From Deltaproteobacteria bacterium (GTDB taxonomy: Bacteria; Bdellovibrionota; JACOXK01): a stretch of 64,000 bases of DNA. The stretch covers positions 2,970-66,969 of the forward strand of contig JACPKQ010000010.1 in the NCBI GenBank assembly GCA_016186995.1, given 5' to 3'. Positions 38,895 to 49,086 of the stretch are shown one piece after another. The position numbers were made by a program, and so were the translations under genes. How positions within the stretch are numbered: position 1 is the first letter of the stretch; the number at the start of each line of letters is the position of its first letter. The notes below the pieces were generated by a model. That model searched no databases and was not told where the DNA came from. It saw only the letters and a list, made by a program, of their open reading frames with translations.

Positions 38895-38995
38895 AAGATA
38901 AATATTAAACGGTGAGTATTACAACATGACCTCGACGTTCTGGGTTCGCTACCTCCGCGGGCGCGATGGTGCACACTTCAATCTAATAAGTGTAC

Positions 38996-39023
38996 CTGGA
39001 TCCCAGCCTTCGCTGGGATGACA
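38996..39023 (-). repeat. REP/dRS3-like palindrome, copy B (inverted)
   Basis: Reverse complement TGTCATCCCAGCGAAGGCTGGGATCCAG, 26/28 to copy A; the two differences form one compensatory T-A to C-G pair. Confidence 0.85.
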
Positions 39024-39057
39024 TGGAATAGATAACAGCATGATTTAGAGCCTGATC

Positions 39058-39921
39058 TTAAGGAATTTGTCTTAAGAGTTTAGTGTTTTTATAAATTTCT
39101 AGAGAGTTAGCGAAAATTTTTATTTTTTCATTAAAAAGTTGTCTTTCTTTTTCAAGGCGTAATATTTCGAGTATTTCTTTGCTCTTTTCCTCCAAGGTAA
39201 TCGTTCCTTCTGGTTTTGTATCAATGAGTTTGAAAACATGATAACCGTACGATGTTTTAATAACAGGAGATACAGCTTCTTTCTCAAGGTTAAAAAGGGG
39301 AACAAACTCTGGTAAAGCCTCAATACGACTCATCCAAGGAAGATACCCTCCATTTTCTGCTTCCGGAGAATGTGAGTATTTATGAGCTCTTGAAGTGAAT
39401 TGATTGGGGCGGTTTTTCAAAAAACTTTGTATTTTTTGTGCTAAAGAGGCATCCTTTACAAAAATATGCTGAAGTTTAATTCTTTGAGGTGCTATTTTTT
39501 CGCTGTAGTGAGAAGAAAAATAGGAATTAATTTCTTCATCAGAAACTTTTATTTTTGATTGTATTTCGTCTTGAATGAATTTTTTAATAAGATCTTCTTG
39601 AGAGAGGGTTTTGTTTAAGTTTGGATAGGTTTTTGAAGCGCTTAAAAAAAGAATTTTTTGATTAATCAAGGGCTTAAGGGCCAAATCTTTGACCAATTTT
39701 CTTGTTTTTGGGTTTTTGAGGCTTGTTTTTGAATATTCTTTTTTGAATTCATAATATTTTTCTAAAAAATCATTAAGATAAATTTTTTCTTCACCCACTT
39801 GAGCAATAATAACTTGTGAAGTGTTTTTGCTTTTAAACTTCCATATAAGAAATAGGGCGAGGGTACTTAGGAAAATGATAAGAATTAAAAGTACTTTTTT
39901 ATTTTTAAAAAATGGAAGCAT
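39058..39921 (-). CDS. Membrane-anchored parvulin-type peptidyl-prolyl isomerase
   Basis: N-terminal TM, LQHIFV, ENGGYL and TSYGYHVFK motifs. Confidence 0.85.
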   Translation of the reverse strand: MLPFFKNKKVLLILIIFLSTLALFLIWKFKSKNTSQVIIAQVGEEKIYLNDFLEKYYEFKKEYSKTSLKNPKTRKLVKDLALKPLINQKILFLSASKTYPNLNKTLSQEDLIKKFIQDEIQSKIKVSDEEINSYFSSHYSEKIAPQRIKLQHIFVKDASLAQKIQSFLKNRPNQFTSRAHKYSHSPEAENGGYLPWMSRIEALPEFVPLFNLEKEAVSPVIKTSYGYHVFKLIDTKPEGTITLEEKSKEILEILRLEKERQLFNEKIKIFANSLEIYKNTKLLRQIP

Positions 39922-39922
39922 C

Positions 39923-40768
39923 TTAAGGATTATTAACAATAACAATGTGAGCTTGTTTTTTTAAGTCTTCATAATACTGTTCTTGGGCTTTCATTTGTTT
40001 GTAAGATTGCGCTCTAAATTGAAGATCGCCAAGATATTTTTTTTTTATTTCCTCAAAACTAGGTTTTTCTGTAAGCTTAAAAATGTGAAAACCACGTGAA
40101 GATTTTAAAACTTCTGAGATGTCCCCTACTTTTTTAAGTGCAAAAGCTGTTTGAATAAGTTCTGGAAACAAATCTTCTTTTGTTTTAAAACCAATATCTC
40201 CACCCACATTGGCTGAAGGGCCGTTAGAGTGTCTTTTTGCTAAATCTTCAAAAAGGGTTGGAGTTTTTTTAAGCTCCCCTTTAATATTTTGCGCCTTTGT
40301 TTTGGTTTTATTCCACTCTTCTTGGCTGCCTTCTTTTGGAATAAGAACAATTTGAGAAAATTTTAAAAAGCCCTTTTCTTTGAAAAAAGCTTCTAAATCT
40401 TTTTCTTCAACTTTTATGGCGTTTATTTTTGGGGCCAATTCTTGTCTTACAACGAGATTGTGAAGTGTTGTTCGAAAGGCTTCAATAGCCAAATCGGTTT
40501 CATCCAACTTTAATTTTTGTGCGCGTTGTACGGCAAGTTCGACGTTAATCATGTAATCAAGAAATTCTTTTTTGGAGATTGTTTTATAGGGGCGCCCCTC
40601 TGTTGTTAGTTGATATTGTTTTCTAAATTCATCTTCATAAATAGCAACAGAATTAACTTTAACAAGAACTTTGCCTTCTCTTTTGTGTGAAAACCTAGGG
40701 TGTGCCAACAAAAACGTTTGAGATATGAGAGTAAGAAAAAACATCATTAAAATAGTTCTTTGAAGCAC
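39923..40768 (-). CDS. Periplasmic parvulin-type peptidyl-prolyl isomerase
   Basis: Signal peptide, FEDLAKRHS..GGDIG and GFHIFK motifs. Confidence 0.85.
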   Translation of the reverse strand: MLQRTILMMFFLTLISQTFLLAHPRFSHKREGKVLVKVNSVAIYEDEFRKQYQLTTEGRPYKTISKKEFLDYMINVELAVQRAQKLKLDETDLAIEAFRTTLHNLVVRQELAPKINAIKVEEKDLEAFFKEKGFLKFSQIVLIPKEGSQEEWNKTKTKAQNIKGELKKTPTLFEDLAKRHSNGPSANVGGDIGFKTKEDLFPELIQTAFALKKVGDISEVLKSSRGFHIFKLTEKPSFEEIKKKYLGDLQFRAQSYKQMKAQEQYYEDLKKQAHIVIVNNP

Positions 40769-40785
40769 GACAAAATGCTCTCATA

Positions 40786-43700
40786 TTAAACAATATGCTG
40801 CAATATTTTTTTAAGCTCTTCGTAGATGTTTAGGGGATCTGTGTTTTCTGTATGAATGATAAACTTTTGAGGTGGGAGAATTTTGTATTTTTTAGATTGT
40901 GTTTGAATAAGCTTAAAAACTTTATCAGGTTGAATGACGTCATTTTTAGCAAAAGAAATGCTTAAAATCTGGTCTTGAGAGATCATTGCTTCTACTTTCA
41001 TTTTTTTAAGAAGGTTTTTAATGTTCATAAAATGTAAAAGATTCTCTGTTTCTTCTGGAAGCTTTCCAAATCTATCTTGTAGTTCACGTTTCATGTCTTC
41101 ACTTTCCTCGGGTGTTTCTAAAGAGGCAATTCTTCTATAAAGGGCAAGTCTAAGATGAGAGTCTTTCACATAATAGTTTGGAATGAGAGCTTTGATTTTC
41201 ATTTTAATGTCAGGGTCAATTTCTTCCGTAATTTTTTCGCCCCTCAGTTTTTTAGCTTCGGCTTCAAGAAGACGAGAGTAAAGATCAAGCCCTACAGCAG
41301 AAATGTTTCCTGATTGTTTTGAGCCCAAGAGGTTTCCTGTACCCCTAATTTCAAGATCTTGGGAAGCAATATTAAACCCCGAGCCAAGTTCTGTGTGGTG
41401 TTCAATGGCAGAAAGTCTTTCTTTGGCCTCGGATGTTAGTTTTTGGAGGTGTGGGGTTACAAGATAGCAATAAGCTTGAGAAGAAGATCTCCCAACGCGC
41501 CCTCTTAATTGATAAAGATCTGCTAAACCAAATTTATGAGCCCCATTAATAATAATGGTGTTACAAGAAGAAATATCAAGCCCAGATCCAATGATTGTTG
41601 AGCACACAAGCACATCAAATTCTTTTTTGAGAAATGAAACCATTCTTTTTTCTAAAACCGTTTTGTTCATCTGACCATGTGCACAGAATATTTTTGCTTC
41701 AGGAACCAGAGTTTGAATTTCTTCGGTCATTTTTTCAATGGTTTGAACTCGGTTGTGTAAAAAATAAACTTGGCCCCTCCGCCCTATTTCTTTAAGAATG
41801 GCATCTCGAATGATTTTTTCATTAAAAGGGATGATAAAAGTTCTAACAGATTGTCTGCTTAAAGGGGGAGTTGTCATAATACTTAAATCTCTTAAAGAAG
41901 AAAGTGCCATGTGAAGCGTTCGGGGTATGGGTGTTGCTGAAAGAGTTAAAATATCAATGTTTTCTTGCATTTTTGTAATTTTTTCTTTTTGAAGAACGCC
42001 AAACCTATGTTCTTCATCAATAATAAGAAGCCCTAAATTTTTAAACTGAATATCTTTTGATAAAAGACGGTGAGTGCCAATAACAATTTCAACAGTGCCT
42101 TTTTGAATTTGTTCTTTAACTTGTTTTTGTTTTGATTCAGAAACAAAACGGCTTAAAAGAACAACCTCTACAGGGAAGTTTTTAAGTCTTGATTTAAAAT
42201 TTTCATAATGTTGTTGCGCTAAAAGTGTTGTGGGCACGAGAAAGGCTGCTTGTTTATTATCCTGGACAGCTTTAAATGCCGCCCGCATGGCTATTTCCGT
42301 TTTTCCAAAACCAACATCGCCACAAATAAGCCTATCCATAGGTTTTGGGGAGATCATATCTTGTAATACCTCTTGAATGCACTTTTCTTGATCAGGCGTT
42401 TCTTCATAAGGAAAAGTAGCCTCAAATTCTTCAAAATAAGCATCGGGTTCTGAAAAAGAAAATCCCTCTGAATGAAGTCTTTTGGCATAAAGTGCAATAA
42501 GTTCGCCGGCAATTTTTTTTGCATCTTCTGAAGCCTTTTTCTTTCTGATGTGCCATTTTTGGGTGCCTAGTTTATCAAGCGGCACAGACTGACCTGTTCC
42601 CACATATTTTTGAACAAGATTGAGTTTATGAATAGGGACATAAAGCTTGTCTTTTTCTGCGTATTCAAGTTGTAAAAAGTCGGAGTTCATTCCTCCAATT
42701 TCAAGTTTTTTAAGACCCACAAATCGACCAATGCCATGGCTATCGTGTACGATGTAATCACCATCTTGAAGCTCTTGAAGGTTAAGAAATGATTTTTTTC
42801 TGGGTTGTTTTTGTGCCCAGCCCCGTTTCTTTTTTCCAAAGATTTCTTCTTCAGTGAAATAGAGTGTTTTTTCCTCTTCAAAATAAAAACCCTCGGAAAG
42901 CTCACCACTTTTAATGGTCATATTTTTATTTTCTATATGTGTTGTTTTAAAAATATGATCTAATCTGTGAGTTTGTGTTTCTGAACACACAAAAAATATT
43001 TTTTGGTCTTTTTGGTTGTAGGTGCACATCAGTTCTTGAAGAGTTGGCAAAATATCTTCTTTTTTTTCCCGTATAAGGTTAAATTTTTCTTTCCATATGG
43101 AAAGCGATTTAAAATTAAAGAAATACTCTCCAAGGGAGCTATCCTTAAATGCTTTTAGGGGAACTTTTTTAAAATGATCAATCTCTTTTTTTGTTTGAGA
43201 TTCATCAAGATGAGTAAGTTCTTTAGTAATACCAAGATCTTCCCCACTGTTTTCTATTAAAGGATAAACAAAGGGCTCATCATGAAGCAGTAAACTTTCT
43301 TTTGGAAGATAAGAAAAAACACTTTCTAGATCAAAAAGAAAGGGTAAGAATGTGTCTGTTTCATGAGAAAAAATACCGTTAAGAGGACTTTCTAAAAGTT
43401 CATCCCTTGTTTTTTTCGAGATATTATTGTTATCGGCGTGTATTTTAAATTTTTCTTTAAGGGTTTTTTTAGTTTCAAAGTTTAAAATGGATTCTCTTAA
43501 AGGAATAACGAAAAAATTTTCAATTTCATTTCGAGATGTTTGAGATTCAAAATCGAAATGTTTAATGCTTTCTATGTTATTTCCAAAAAGCTCTATTCGA
43601 ACAGGCTTTTCATGGTGTGGCGGGGAAATATCTATAATGTTTCCTCTGATAGCAAAAAGTCCGTTGCCATCGACTAAAGAAGTTTCTTCATACCCCATTT

Positions 43701-44133
43701 CTTTTATTTTAAGAACAAAATCATCAAGATCAATTTTAGATTCTTTCTCGATAGATAAACAATATTCTGTGAAAAGCTTTAAAGGTGTTGTTTTTTGTGT
43801 GAGTCCTTGAAGTGAGGCAATAATAAAAGAAGGTTGTGTGAAAAGAAGATTAAAAAGAGCAACACTTCGTAAAGAGGCCTCTTCAATAGAAATTTTAGAA
43901 GAACTCCAACCGGGTATATAAATGATGTCATTTTTTGATGAGTGGAAAAATGAAAGATCATTATAAAGGTCTGAAGCCATTTTTTCATCTTGTGTGATGA
44001 TAATAAAAGGCTTTTCAATTGAGTTTTTTAACTTTGAGAGTATGAATGCTTTTTGTGAAGAGGAAAGAACCCCTGCAAGAGAAATTGTTTCTCCACTTTT
44101 AATTTTATGACTCAGTGTTTCAAATGAAGTCAT
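40786..44133 (-). CDS. mfd: Transcription-repair coupling factor
   Basis: CarD-like RID (VHDSHGIGRF), GDVGFGKT, DEEHRFG, QLRGRVGR and TRCF C-terminus. Confidence 0.97.
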   Translation of the reverse strand: MTSFETLSHKIKSGETISLAGVLSSSQKAFILSKLKNSIEKPFIIITQDEKMASDLYNDLSFFHSSKNDIIYIPGWSSSKISIEEASLRSVALFNLLFTQPSFIIASLQGLTQKTTPLKLFTEYCLSIEKESKIDLDDFVLKIKEMGYEETSLVDGNGLFAIRGNIIDISPPHHEKPVRIELFGNNIESIKHFDFESQTSRNEIENFFVIPLRESILNFETKKTLKEKFKIHADNNNISKKTRDELLESPLNGIFSHETDTFLPFLFDLESVFSYLPKESLLLHDEPFVYPLIENSGEDLGITKELTHLDESQTKKEIDHFKKVPLKAFKDSSLGEYFFNFKSLSIWKEKFNLIREKKEDILPTLQELMCTYNQKDQKIFFVCSETQTHRLDHIFKTTHIENKNMTIKSGELSEGFYFEEEKTLYFTEEEIFGKKKRGWAQKQPRKKSFLNLQELQDGDYIVHDSHGIGRFVGLKKLEIGGMNSDFLQLEYAEKDKLYVPIHKLNLVQKYVGTGQSVPLDKLGTQKWHIRKKKASEDAKKIAGELIALYAKRLHSEGFSFSEPDAYFEEFEATFPYEETPDQEKCIQEVLQDMISPKPMDRLICGDVGFGKTEIAMRAAFKAVQDNKQAAFLVPTTLLAQQHYENFKSRLKNFPVEVVLLSRFVSESKQKQVKEQIQKGTVEIVIGTHRLLSKDIQFKNLGLLIIDEEHRFGVLQKEKITKMQENIDILTLSATPIPRTLHMALSSLRDLSIMTTPPLSRQSVRTFIIPFNEKIIRDAILKEIGRRGQVYFLHNRVQTIEKMTEEIQTLVPEAKIFCAHGQMNKTVLEKRMVSFLKKEFDVLVCSTIIGSGLDISSCNTIIINGAHKFGLADLYQLRGRVGRSSSQAYCYLVTPHLQKLTSEAKERLSAIEHHTELGSGFNIASQDLEIRGTGNLLGSKQSGNISAVGLDLYSRLLEAEAKKLRGEKITEEIDPDIKMKIKALIPNYYVKDSHLRLALYRRIASLETPEESEDMKRELQDRFGKLPEETENLLHFMNIKNLLKKMKVEAMISQDQILSISFAKNDVIQPDKVFKLIQTQSKKYKILPPQKFIIHTENTDPLNIYEELKKILQHIV

Positions 44134-44137
44134 TCAT

Positions 44138-45100
44138 TTAAGATCGAGCTATTAAATAGTCTTGGTGTTTTAAAAACCAGTTTACAGTTTTTTGAAGCCC
44201 CTGTTCAAAGGTTGTTTGAGGTTTGAAATCTGTATATTTTTGTATTTGCTCGATACTTGCTTGAGTGTGAAGAACATCTCCAGGTCTAGGGTCTAGGTAT
44301 TTGGGTTTAATATCTTTTTTTATAAGTTTATTTAATTTTTGAACTAACTCGTTCACAGTTGTTCTATTACCACAGGCAGCATTAAAAACCTTTCCATTAG
44401 CTTTGTTACTTTTAAGAACGCTTTCATGTGCTGCGATGACGTTTTCAACAAAAGTAAAGTCACGACTTTGTTTGCCATCTCCATAAATAGGAGGAGATTC
44501 ATTCAAGTTAAGAGATTGAATAAACTTAGGAATAACAACTGCATATTTGTTTTCAAGGCTTTGACGTGGGCCAAAAACATTAAAGTAACGCAAAGAAACA
44601 GTGGGTAAACCAAAGTTTTTAAAGTACATGCGGCAGTAAACCTCAGCATTTAATTTTGAAATAGCGTAAGGAGAAATAGGATCTGGATAGTATTCTTCTT
44701 TAAGTGGGAGGCTTACGTTGTCTCCATAGACAGAACTTGAAGAGGCAAGAACAAACTTTTTGATTTTATTTTTGAGAGCTTCTTCTAAAAGAACAATGGT
44801 TCCAATGACGTTTATTTTTTCATACCCTGTTGGGTCACCAAATGATTTAGGTACGGATCTTAAGGCGGCAAGGTGAAAAACAAAATCGCACCCTTTCATG
44901 GCGCTCGATACAATAGAAGGATCACAAATATCTCCTTCAAAGAAAGAAACATTATTTTTTATGGTTTCAATATTTTTAATGTTGCCCGTCGAAAAATTAT
45001 CAAGAATATTAATGGCATAGCCCTTTTTCAAAAAAGCCTCAGCCATGTTTGATCCTATAAAACCAGCTCCCCCTGTGATAAGAATTTTAGACATATCCAT
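44138..45100 (-). CDS. NAD-dependent nucleotide-sugar epimerase (UDP-hexose/HexNAc 4-epimerase-like)
   Basis: TGGAGFIG, ASSSSVYG, YAISK and LRYFNVFGP motifs. Confidence 0.92.
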   Translation of the reverse strand: MDMSKILITGGAGFIGSNMAEAFLKKGYAINILDNFSTGNIKNIETIKNNVSFFEGDICDPSIVSSAMKGCDFVFHLAALRSVPKSFGDPTGYEKINVIGTIVLLEEALKNKIKKFVLASSSSVYGDNVSLPLKEEYYPDPISPYAISKLNAEVYCRMYFKNFGLPTVSLRYFNVFGPRQSLENKYAVVIPKFIQSLNLNESPPIYGDGKQSRDFTFVENVIAAHESVLKSNKANGKVFNAACGNRTTVNELVQKLNKLIKKDIKPKYLDPRPGDVLHTQASIEQIQKYTDFKPQTTFEQGLQKTVNWFLKHQDYLIARS

Positions 45101-45102
45101 TT

Positions 45103-47277
45103 TTATAGCTTTTCAAGCGGTGTATAGGCAAGAACAAACTTTTTGATTTCACCATTGAGAAATCGAATGGTTGCTTTATCTTGTGAACAATCCACAATTT
45201 CTCCTTTGCCAAAGGCGGGGTGAGAAACTCGTTCACCTCTTTTAAAAGGAGTTGCTATACCTTGAATCGTTTTTGACCCAGAAACAAAACTTGTTGGTAT
45301 TTCGTCATCGTCGTGATGAAATTTTCTTTTTTGAGACTTAAATTGAGGGGCAAGGGATGTAATATCTAATGTTTGTAGATACTTTTCAGGTATTTCTTCC
45401 AAAAACCGTGAGGAATCATTAAATTGGGGTGATCCATAAACTCTTCGATATCGAGTTCTTGTTAAAAAGAGTTTTTCTTTAGCACGCGTCATACCCACAT
45501 AAAAAAGTCGCCTTTCTTCCTCAATTTCATCTTCGTCCATCAATGCTTGTGAGTGAGGTAAAAGCCCCTCTTCCATGCCTACAATAAAGACATTTGGAAA
45601 CTCTAACCCTTTAGCAGCATGTGCTGTTAAAAGTTTAATAGTTGGGGTGTTTTCATCAAGGTTATCTAAATCTGAAGAAAGGGTCACTTGTTCAACAAAC
45701 CCTGACAACGTTGGGTTTTCGGATCGCTCTTCAAACTCTTGAATAGCAACCATAAGCTCTTCTAAGTTTTCAATTCGTGATTGTGCTTGAAGAGTTTTTT
45801 CGGCTTTTAAAAGAACAAGATATTTTGTTTTTTCACAAACATCCTTAAGAATATCCGAGGGCGGCTTGCTTTTTGAACTTTGAATTAACTCGCCAATGAG
45901 TTTTATAAAATTCTCAAGCCCGGTTCTTTGTTTTTTTTGAAGAACTTGTGTTGGGATAAGGTTTTGAGATGCTTCATAGAGAGAAATATTTTTATATGTT
46001 GCAAAGGTTGTTATTTTTTCAATACTTGTTTTTCCAATTTTTCTTGCTGGCACGTTTAAAACCCTTAAGAAACTTATAGAGTCGTGTGGGTTTAAAATAA
46101 GCTTTAGATAAGCAAGAAGATCTTTAATTTCTTTTCTTTCATAAAACCTAAATCCACCAAAAACTTGATAGTTTATATTGTTTTTTCTAAGAACGTCTTC
46201 TAAAACACGGGAAAGCGCATTAACTCTGTAGAATATTGCACAATCATTATAGTTATAGTTCTCTTCTAAACATAATTTTTTGATTTCTTGGATAATAAAT
46301 TCGGCTTCTGTGTATTCATCATCTACAACCCACACATGAATAGCATCACCCTCATTGTTTTCTGTCCAAAGGGATTTAGCATGTCTATCTTTGTTGTGTG
46401 AAATCATATGTTTTGCCGCCTCAATAATATTTTTTGTAGATCGATAATTTTGTTCAAGCTTAATAATTTTTGCATGAGCATAGTCTTTTTCAAAATCTAA
46501 AATATTATTAATATCAGCCCCTCGCCAGCGGTAGATAGACTGATCTTCATCTCCTACGACACAAATATTTTGATGTGCTTTTGCAATGCTATCAGCAAAA
46601 AGATACTGAATGCGGTTAGTGTCTTGATACTCGTCAATAAGAACATATTGGAATTGATCTTGGTATTCAGAAAGAGTTTCGGGTTTTTGCTTAAAAAGTA
46701 AAACAGTTTGTAAAAGTAAATCTCCAAAATCCATGGCATTGTTTTTTTTAAGTTCAGATTGGTACCGCGCATAGACTTGAGAAACTTTTTCTTCAAAGAA
46801 ATTAAGGCTTTTTTGGGCATAGTCTTGGGGCAAAAGCCCCTTGTTTTTGGCTCTATCTATATAGGCTTGAACAGCCTTTGGGTGAGTTGTGTTTGCATCA
46901 ATGTTCATTTCTTTAAGGCATGCTTTTACAAGCGAGAGAGAGTCTTGATCGTCAAAAATAGTAAAGGGGTTTGAATAGCCCAAAGCTTCAGCATGTTTTC
47001 TTAAGATCCGCACACAAGTACTGTGAAATGTGCCTATCCACAGCTTGTCTACAGATCTGTTGATAAGTGAAGACACGCGAAATTTTATTTCTTGAGCAGC
47101 CTTGTTTGTAAACGTAAGAGCTAGAATATTGAATGGGTTTATTTTATTTTCTTTGATGAGATATGCTATTTTATAAGTAATAACACGCGTTTTACCACTT
47201 CCAGCACCTGCTAAAATGAGTAACGGCCCTTTATTATATTCGACAGCCTCTACTTGTTGTGGATTTAAACCTTGCAC
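45103..47277 (-). CDS. pcrA: ATP-dependent DNA helicase PcrA/UvrD
   Basis: AGAGSGKT, DEYQDTN, QNYRS, AKGLEF, EERRLFYV and C-terminal Tudor-like HPAFG. Confidence 0.93.
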   Translation of the reverse strand: MQGLNPQQVEAVEYNKGPLLILAGAGSGKTRVITYKIAYLIKENKINPFNILALTFTNKAAQEIKFRVSSLINRSVDKLWIGTFHSTCVRILRKHAEALGYSNPFTIFDDQDSLSLVKACLKEMNIDANTTHPKAVQAYIDRAKNKGLLPQDYAQKSLNFFEEKVSQVYARYQSELKKNNAMDFGDLLLQTVLLFKQKPETLSEYQDQFQYVLIDEYQDTNRIQYLFADSIAKAHQNICVVGDEDQSIYRWRGADINNILDFEKDYAHAKIIKLEQNYRSTKNIIEAAKHMISHNKDRHAKSLWTENNEGDAIHVWVVDDEYTEAEFIIQEIKKLCLEENYNYNDCAIFYRVNALSRVLEDVLRKNNINYQVFGGFRFYERKEIKDLLAYLKLILNPHDSISFLRVLNVPARKIGKTSIEKITTFATYKNISLYEASQNLIPTQVLQKKQRTGLENFIKLIGELIQSSKSKPPSDILKDVCEKTKYLVLLKAEKTLQAQSRIENLEELMVAIQEFEERSENPTLSGFVEQVTLSSDLDNLDENTPTIKLLTAHAAKGLEFPNVFIVGMEEGLLPHSQALMDEDEIEEERRLFYVGMTRAKEKLFLTRTRYRRVYGSPQFNDSSRFLEEIPEKYLQTLDITSLAPQFKSQKRKFHHDDDEIPTSFVSGSKTIQGIATPFKRGERVSHPAFGKGEIVDCSQDKATIRFLNGEIKKFVLAYTPLEKL

Positions 47278-47286
47278 TTCATTTTC

Positions 47287-49083
47287 TTATTCGACTGTAA
47301 CACTTTTTGCAAGGTTTCGAGGTTGATCCACATCTGTGCCCTTAAATCGTGCCATGTAATAGGCGAAAAGTTGAATGGGAATAGAATAAAGAAAAGGATT
47401 AATATGCCATTGTGCCAGAGGCAAGATAATATTATCGTCTGCAATTTTAATAGGCTTTTGTGAGATAGCAATCACGATACCTTCTCTCGCTTTTACTTCT
47501 TCAACGTTACTCATCATTTTTTCAAAAATACTATCATTTTGAAGAAGTGCTATAACAGGCAGCTCTTGATCTACAAGGGCAATAGGTCCATGTTTCATTT
47601 CTCCTGCAGGATAACCATGGGCTTGAATATAGGCAATTTCTTTAAGTTTTAGTGCCCCCTCTAATGCTATAGGATAAAGAATGTCTCTTCCCATATAAAG
47701 TGCTGCCAGTTTTTGATAATATTTAGAAGCAATATTCTTAATTTTTTCAGCTTGGGAGAGAACCTGTTCCATGTAGGAAGGAATTTTTGTAAGTTCTAAA
47801 ATCTCTTTTGAAACATTTTTATTTTTTTGGGCTAAATAAAGAGAAAGTAAATTAAAAATAAGAATTTGTGTTGTAAAAGCTTTTGTTGAGGCAACGCCAA
47901 TTTCTGGGCCAGCCTCTGTGTAAATAATCTGATCTGCAGCTCTTGCTATAGAACTTTCCTTGGCGTTGCAAATAGCAAGAGTTTTAATTCCACGCTCTTT
48001 GGCTAATTGGAGAGCTGCAAGGCTATCAGCTGTTTCACCTGATTGTGAAGTAACAATGAGAAGATCATTTTCTTTAAGAATAGGATTTCGATATCGAAAC
48101 TCGGAAGCTAAATCGATTTCAGCTCGAATATTCGCAAATTTTTCTAAGAGATATTTTCCTATAAGAGAAGCATGCCAAGCAGTTCCACATGCAATAAGAT
48201 AAATAGTTTGAACATTATTAAAAAAAGCTTCTTCTAAAGGAAGAAGGACTTTATCGTGATTTTCTGAGAGATTTCCAGAAAGGGTGTGAATAATAGCTTG
48301 AGGTTGTTCGTAAATTTCTTTTAGCATGAAATGTTCAAACCCAGCTTTTTCTATCGTTTGGGCTGACCATGTAATTGTTGTTATTTTTTTTGAGATGTGC
48401 TCCCCCTTCATATTTTGAAACTCAACACGATGTGGGGTTAAGATAGCAGTTTCATAATCATCCAGATAAGCGACTTGTTTTGTAAAAGAAAGAAGTGCTG
48501 GAATATCTGAAGCAAGAAAATATTCTTTTTTGCCAATACCAATAACAAGAGGAGAAGCTTTTTTAGCTGCAACAAGTTTTTCAGGCTCAAGCTCATTCAT
48601 AACGACAATAGCATAAGAGCCTTGCAACTTCCGTAAAGCTTTTTGAACAGATTCTTCTAGAGTTTTAGATTTTTCAGATTCTTTTTTAATAAGGCATGCT
48701 ATAACTTCCGTATCTGTTTCTGACTGAAATGTATAGCCCTGAGCACGCAATTCTTTTTTAAGTTCTATGTAGTTTTCGATAATACCATTATGAACAACAG
48801 TAATATTTCCTACTTGATGTGGGTGGGCATTAATAGTTGAGGGTTTTCCGTGTGTAGCCCAACGTGTATGACCCAGCGCTATCGTGCTTTTGATGCTGAC
48901 GTTTTTAATTTGGTTTTCAAGTTGTGCAACTTTACCCTTACACTTTTCAATATGAGTTTTTCCATTTTCAAGCCAGGCAACACCAGCTGAATCATATCCT
49001 CTGTATTCAAGGTGTTTTAAACCCGTGAGAAGCACTTCCTTGGGATCGCGAAAAGTACCAATATAACCAACAATGCCACACAT
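47287..49083 (-). CDS. glmS: Glutamine--fructose-6-phosphate aminotransferase
   Basis: MCGIVG, GHTRWATHG and PRNLAKSVTVE motifs. Confidence 0.99.
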   Translation of the reverse strand: MCGIVGYIGTFRDPKEVLLTGLKHLEYRGYDSAGVAWLENGKTHIEKCKGKVAQLENQIKNVSIKSTIALGHTRWATHGKPSTINAHPHQVGNITVVHNGIIENYIELKKELRAQGYTFQSETDTEVIACLIKKESEKSKTLEESVQKALRKLQGSYAIVVMNELEPEKLVAAKKASPLVIGIGKKEYFLASDIPALLSFTKQVAYLDDYETAILTPHRVEFQNMKGEHISKKITTITWSAQTIEKAGFEHFMLKEIYEQPQAIIHTLSGNLSENHDKVLLPLEEAFFNNVQTIYLIACGTAWHASLIGKYLLEKFANIRAEIDLASEFRYRNPILKENDLLIVTSQSGETADSLAALQLAKERGIKTLAICNAKESSIARAADQIIYTEAGPEIGVASTKAFTTQILIFNLLSLYLAQKNKNVSKEILELTKIPSYMEQVLSQAEKIKNIASKYYQKLAALYMGRDILYPIALEGALKLKEIAYIQAHGYPAGEMKHGPIALVDQELPVIALLQNDSIFEKMMSNVEEVKAREGIVIAISQKPIKIADDNIILPLAQWHINPFLYSIPIQLFAYYMARFKGTDVDQPRNLAKSVTVE

Positions 49084-49086
49084 AAA

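Noticed and set aside
49084..49086. glmS ribozyme upstream of glmS
   Set aside because: The glmU-glmS gap is only 3 bp, so there is no room.
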